Assembly (NCBI GenBank): GCA_054600435.1
Contig: BAAIJX010000006.1
Location: 744,001-780,372, forward strand
Length of the DNA: 36,372 nt
Origin: Neophaeotheca triangularis
Lineage: Eukaryota
Direction: 5' to 3'
This document shows, piece after piece, positions 32,012-36,372 of this stretch. A program made the position numbers and the translations under genes. The notes below the pieces were generated by a model. It searched no databases, was not told the origin of the DNA, and worked only from the letters and a program-made list of their open reading frames with translations. Position 1 is the stretch's first letter, and each line of letters begins with the position of its first letter.

Positions 32012-33622
32012 ATGTCTGGTGTTCATGAGGGCGCCGGTGCATACGGGCCTACCTCCCTGGACTACATCTCCCTTCCAAACCCGGTTGAGCCTCACGCAGC
32101 GCCTCATAAACATCCTCTCCATACTACCAGCCGTCTAGATCAAGCCTCAAGCCAGGACCTGCGACGCTTGATCCTTGAAGGCCCACACAAGCGCAGAAAA
32201 TGCGGGAGTGGCGATGTACAGGAATCGGGCGTTGATCCGAGCCATGCGCCTACTCGAAGTCTACCAAAGCCCAAACTACCTGCTGGTAGCACGAAACGGA
32301 TGAGAATACCTCCCACACTATCCGGCCTCCACCAACCTCCCCCGGATGCTCGAGTGTTACCGAGTATCAACGTGGAGAAGCCTCAGGATCAGCCAGAATT
32401 AGACGCAGTGGCACACAGCTCATTGCAACCTCATGGACCTAAAGCTGATGATGCACGCAATGAGACCGACCACCCTACGCAGAAACCTGCTGCGCGAGAC
32501 GGAACAAAAGCTAAGAAGCCAAGACCCACTCGCAATCGCTGGTCTCCCGAAGAGACAAAGTGCCTGCTTGATGGTGTTTCAAGGTTCGGCATTGGAAAGT
32601 GGACGCAAATCTTGAAATGTGATGATTACAAGTTCGAGAAGCGAACTGCAATCGATTTGAAGGATCGCTTCCGCGTGTGTAGGCCTGACGACTACGAGCA
32701 GGGTCGATCGCAAAGGAAGAGCAATGCGTCGGGAAGTGAAAATGTGGCTTCGGGTCCCAAATCAGCGGCCGAGAAACCCAAGGCGGGACCGCGAGCTCAT
32801 CGAATGAACGACTTCGAGCTGCGCCAACTTGGCTTTGGCACGAAATTTGCAAAGAGCGAACGTCGTCAACGGCAGGCTTACACCGCCGAAGAAGACGAGG
32901 CCATCCTGAAAGGCTTCATGCAGCATGGTAAGAAGTGGTTCGAAATTCAACAGGACGACGCTTTAAGTCTAGCTCATCGCACGTCGACCGACATCAGGGA
33001 TCGAGTTCGGACGCGGTACCCGGAGCACTATGCCAAGGTCTGCACGGCGAGACCAAGTGGGTTCCCCAATCGAGCAAGCAAAGACTCCGAGAAACACGTT
33101 GAACCTGCAACTGCCTTTGACAAGAGCCAGTCGTCTGTTGAGTCGATTAAGCAGCCAGAGACGGGTGCTAAAACACAACCCCCACCAAAAACCTCTGTTA
33201 CAGCTGCGAAGCAAAAGCCGCCCACGCTCTTTCGCTTTGACGAGGTCAACGACGTGTTCTTCGGTGCTCCTTTTGAGGACGAGGAGACCGACACAGAGCC
33301 AGTCACGCTCGACCGCGGCATTCTCGACTGGGCAATTCCTGACGCTAGCAAAGCACCCTCTACAGATACGGCCAAGCAAAGTATAGACCCCTCCATGATT
33401 CTCAAGCGGCCCACTCCTGCTTCGCTGCAAGGTCCTCAACAGATGCTCCCACCGTTCGATGGTGGTATGGCGCCATTACCTTCGCTTGCCGATATCACAT
33501 CAGGCACAGGACACGAAGATGAAGGCCAACTGGAATTGCCCTCGTTGATGCAGTATTTCGGCTCGACCGATTCTGAAGCACGAGGCGGTCACATACCAAC
33601 TATAGAGGAGCTGCTGAGCTAA
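32012..33622 (+). CDS. Double-Myb telobox-type DNA-binding protein (Tay1/Teb1-like)
   Basis: Myb1 RNRWSPEETKCLLDGVSRFGIGKWTQIL...RTAIDLKDRFR; Myb2 YTAEEDEAILKGFMQHGKKW...RTSTDIRDRVR. First ATG at 32012. Confidence 0.85.
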   Translation: MSGVHEGAGAYGPTSLDYISLPNPVEPHAAPHKHPLHTTSRLDQASSQDLRRLILEGPHKRRKCGSGDVQESGVDPSHAPTRSLPKPKLPAGSTKRMRIPPTLSGLHQPPPDARVLPSINVEKPQDQPELDAVAHSSLQPHGPKADDARNETDHPTQKPAARDGTKAKKPRPTRNRWSPEETKCLLDGVSRFGIGKWTQILKCDDYKFEKRTAIDLKDRFRVCRPDDYEQGRSQRKSNASGSENVASGPKSAAEKPKAGPRAHRMNDFELRQLGFGTKFAKSERRQRQAYTAEEDEAILKGFMQHGKKWFEIQQDDALSLAHRTSTDIRDRVRTRYPEHYAKVCTARPSGFPNRASKDSEKHVEPATAFDKSQSSVESIKQPETGAKTQPPPKTSVTAAKQKPPTLFRFDEVNDVFFGAPFEDEETDTEPVTLDRGILDWAIPDASKAPSTDTAKQSIDPSMILKRPTPASLQGPQQMLPPFDGGMAPLPSLADITSGTGHEDEGQLELPSLMQYFGSTDSEARGGHIPTIEELLS

Positions 33623-33966
33623 AGGATTACATCGTGATACCATTGCAAGCTGTTCCCTTACGGATTACGGTAGGAGTTTCTTTCGCAACCTTGTCTTCGC
33701 CATTACCACTCCTCCTCAGTATACGTCGTCTTACCTGCAATGTTTGACTCGTTTGTCATGTGAGGCAGAAAAACTTTCTTTTGGACGCAAATGCACCGAC
33801 CAAATGCACTGGGTTTCAAGGCGCTGCACCATGCAACTCCACGTCTTGATACTGGCTGTTAGTCCCCATACATTCGTAGCTAGCTCTAATAAACAAGGGT
33901 ATCTTGCCCCCCACGATTTCCAACTCCAAAAGCAATAACTCCTTGATTGAAACCCATACTCAAACC

Positions 33967-34767
33967 TCAAACCTCAAGCATCGCTCGTAAACCAGTCTCC
34001 GTGGCGCTTAGCCACCTGCCCCGATCTTCTAGTTCATCTCCCAGACCACCATTCGCTCTCCTCTTCCTCGCCTCTCTCGCTTCATCGACCGCGGCATTCT
34101 TTCTAACCTCCAGCGGGCCAAGCTGCGCCTCCAACTGCTGCACATCCTGCTGAGCCTGCGGAAGCCGCTCCCTAAGGGCCGCAAGCCGCTCATCCAAAGA
34201 CGCAAGCTCGGCTTCCTTTTCCGAAACCAGGGCCAGCGTCGGCTGCAATCCCAAACTGAGCTGCGGATCCTCCGACTTGGGCGCTTGCGACTTCTGAAGC
34301 CGCGAAACAGTAGCCTCGAGACCCTCAATCTCCGCAGGCAGCTCGGCAAGCTGGCGCGTCTGAAGCTGCACGCTCTCGTACCTTGCAACGATGCTCCTGC
34401 CCTGCTCCTCGAGCATGCCGATCAGGTCCCGCACTTCTTTCTTCTTCTCCCCCAGCACGCGCTTGTCTTCCACCAGCTTGGCTTCGAGTTCCGCATTCTC
34501 GCCCTCGGCTACAAAGTCGGGGGTTTCTGCCGTGATGGCGCGGAGGAAGCGCTCTTTGGTCACTTGTTCGACGTAGGAAAAGCGAAGTTTGCTGAAAAGA
34601 TCGCAGTAATGTGCTAGGTCTGCTGCGAGAAGGGCGGGTGTGAGGGCCTGGTCGTTGCTGGATGTGGAGTTGCGCGTAGTGGTCGGTTCGAGGAACTGGG
34701 AACCCAGATTGAGAATTGAGAGATTCTTTGGCTCCGAGAGCGTGGCTATGGCTGTTTGCGTGTCCAT
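33967..34767 (-). CDS. SOS7: Kinetochore protein Sos7-like (Spc7/Spc105 partner)
   Basis: DLAHYCDLFSKLRFSYVEQVTKERFLRAI motif followed by a long coiled coil; intronless, 266 aa. Confidence 0.82.
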   Translation of the reverse strand: MDTQTAIATLSEPKNLSILNLGSQFLEPTTTRNSTSSNDQALTPALLAADLAHYCDLFSKLRFSYVEQVTKERFLRAITAETPDFVAEGENAELEAKLVEDKRVLGEKKKEVRDLIGMLEEQGRSIVARYESVQLQTRQLAELPAEIEGLEATVSRLQKSQAPKSEDPQLSLGLQPTLALVSEKEAELASLDERLAALRERLPQAQQDVQQLEAQLGPLEVRKNAAVDEAREARKRRANGGLGDELEDRGRWLSATETGLRAMLEV

Positions 34768-34976
34768 GTTGGGTTTTTATTGCGCCGGTGGTGTCGTATC
34801 TACTGGTTGTCTTGGTCTTGTTGACTTGTTTATCGCGGCAGGAGTCGACGCGGCGCACTGACCATCTTCAAATCGACGTCATTCCCGTCCTAGGTACCTA
34901 CCTCGAGTTATGTATTATGCTCTTACTTCCGGCGCAGCCGTGACACTCAGGTGTAATTAGATACCAGCATAGCAAA

Positions 34977-36215
34977 ATGACTTCGGGCGATGATCTCAGC
35001 GACGACGCTGTGATCGCACTCTTGGCGCGCGACGGGCTCAATTCCAATCGTCGCCCCTTAAGCGGAAGCAATGGATCTCTTCTCGAACGCAGACCTGGAG
35101 GACCCGAGCGCAAACCAAATACAAGCTTCCTTCGCAAGATCGTCCAGAGCACTGACCGTCACAATGCCGCGCTCAAGGCGAAGGAGCTGGAGGATTCGCA
35201 ATTGAAGCTAAGAGAGCTGCAGCGCGAGGAGCGGGATGCGAAGAGGCCAAGGCGCGAACGAGATGGGGACCAAGAGAAGGATGATAGGAAGGCTCAGAGG
35301 CGTGCTGAGGAGAGGCCAGGTAGGTGGGCTGGGGTCTTCAAGGGACTGGGTGAGAAACCGGGAATCCGTCGCAAGCCCAAGGACCATCTAAATGAGGAGG
35401 ATGTGGAACCGCGTGAAAAGCGCAAGCGTGGGCGAGACAGAAGCTCGTCCAGGGATCGGGACAATAAGGGTAGAGACCATAGACGGAGATCGAGAAGTCC
35501 AGATCGCTCTCGCAGCCGATCACCCCGTCACAAGCGCGAGCGCAGGAGTAAGGAAGGTTTATCCAAGCACCACAGCAGCAGCAGCAGCAAAAGACACCAC
35601 AAAAACCAAAATGACACCCCTACATCCCGTTCGCCCCCTCGACACCGTACGCGCCATCGCACACATCACTCACCAAAACCCACCCCCCAACCAAGCCTAC
35701 CTCAAGACCATCCCGAGTCCGACGACCCCCTGGCCGAATTCCTCGGCCCAGCCCCCCCACCCGCTTCTTCCCAGAAGATAATCCCTCGCGGCCGTGGCGC
35801 CAACAAACCCCGCCCCGACCGCTTCGATCCCAACTACAACCCGGCCACGGATCCGCAGGATTCCGACCCAGCTGCGACCACCCCAGCTCGTGGCGAAAAC
35901 GGCGACTGGGACCTCGCGCTCGAGGCTGCAAAGGATCGCAAGCGCTGGCGCGAGAAGGGCGCTGAGCGGTTGCGGGCTGCGGGGTTTAAGGAGGACGAGG
36001 TTAGGAAGTGGGAGGGTAGGATGGAGGAGGAGGGGTATGGGGGTTTTGGTGGTGGTGGCGGTGGCGGCGATGGGAGTAAAATCGCGGAGGACGTGAGGTG
36101 GGGGAGGAAGGGGACGGGGAGGGAGTGGGATCGAGGGAAGGTTGTGGATGGGGAGGGGGAGACGGGGTTTGAGGCTGTAGCGTGGAAGAAGGGGGGTGCT
36201 TTGGGGGAGGAGTAG
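34977..36215 (+). CDS. Conserved R/S/H-rich fungal protein (homologues often loosely labelled pre-mRNA splicing factor 38B-like)
   Basis: Conserved blocks KPNTSFLRKIVQSTDRHNAALKAKE, WDLALEAAKDRKRW...GAERLRAAGF and VRWGRKGTGREWDRGKVV, with an RS-rich middle. No PRP38 domain visible. Confidence 0.8.
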   Translation: MTSGDDLSDDAVIALLARDGLNSNRRPLSGSNGSLLERRPGGPERKPNTSFLRKIVQSTDRHNAALKAKELEDSQLKLRELQREERDAKRPRRERDGDQEKDDRKAQRRAEERPGRWAGVFKGLGEKPGIRRKPKDHLNEEDVEPREKRKRGRDRSSSRDRDNKGRDHRRRSRSPDRSRSRSPRHKRERRSKEGLSKHHSSSSSKRHHKNQNDTPTSRSPPRHRTRHRTHHSPKPTPQPSLPQDHPESDDPLAEFLGPAPPPASSQKIIPRGRGANKPRPDRFDPNYNPATDPQDSDPAATTPARGENGDWDLALEAAKDRKRWREKGAERLRAAGFKEDEVRKWEGRMEEEGYGGFGGGGGGGDGSKIAEDVRWGRKGTGREWDRGKVVDGEGETGFEAVAWKKGGALGEE

Positions 36216-36278
36216 GCGGTTTGCGGTGGGTACAGTACGAGGATTTGTATTCCCGCGGATGCCAGTGGGGTTCCGGAT

Positions 36279-36355
36279 GGGGGGGGGGGGGGGGGGGGGG
36301 GGGGGGAATGAGGAGAATGGGAGGAGTGGTATGGATAATGGGGGGGGGGGGGGGG
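36279..36355. repeat. Two poly-G tracts (G28 at 36279-36306, G16 at 36340-36355)
   Basis: Read directly. Confidence 0.9.
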
Positions 36356-36372
36356 ATGGGGTGTGGTGTAAT

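Noticed and set aside
34977..36215. Naming the last gene PRP38
   Set aside because: No PRP38 domain visible; that label probably comes from low-complexity RS similarity.
1..36372. CRISPR arrays, operons, prokaryotic defence systems or secondary-metabolite backbone genes
   Set aside because: The DNA is fungal with spliceosomal introns. No repeat-spacer array, PKS/NRPS or intact transposase/recombinase was seen.

Overview
Eukaryotic, intron-containing DNA from a filamentous ascomycete (Pezizomycotina; probably a Dothideomycete, by inference). Short GT-AG introns with CTRAY-type branch sites mean the ORF track fragments most genes, so I rebuilt the exon structures by hand. The window holds 16 protein-coding genes: otubain-type deubiquitinase, a conserved coiled-coil protein, annexin ANXC4-like, Rho3, an SDR resembling bacterial GolD/DthD, an atypical NAD(P)-binding oxidoreductase, a YdbB-like cupin, Rpn5, a five-repeat Myb/HTH protein, a secreted Thr-rich protein, Ipi3, an SGNH/GDSL hydrolase, Rpl37, a double-Myb telobox protein, Sos7 and an R/S-rich protein. 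It also holds an intron-containing tRNA-Glu(TTC) and a frameshifted Ty1/copia RNase H relic. Most worth following up: (1) an intronless protein made of five tandem short Myb/GcrA-like HTH repeats; (2) a three-gene metabolic block (SDR, oxidoreductase, cupin) with bacterial-looking members between Rho3 and Rpn5; (3) 5 of 22 reconstructed introns ending in AAG, three of them in one gene; (4) a 150-codon ATG-less in-frame extension upstream of the coiled-coil gene. Family assignments come from motif recognition only; no searches were run. I cannot claim a proven novel system.
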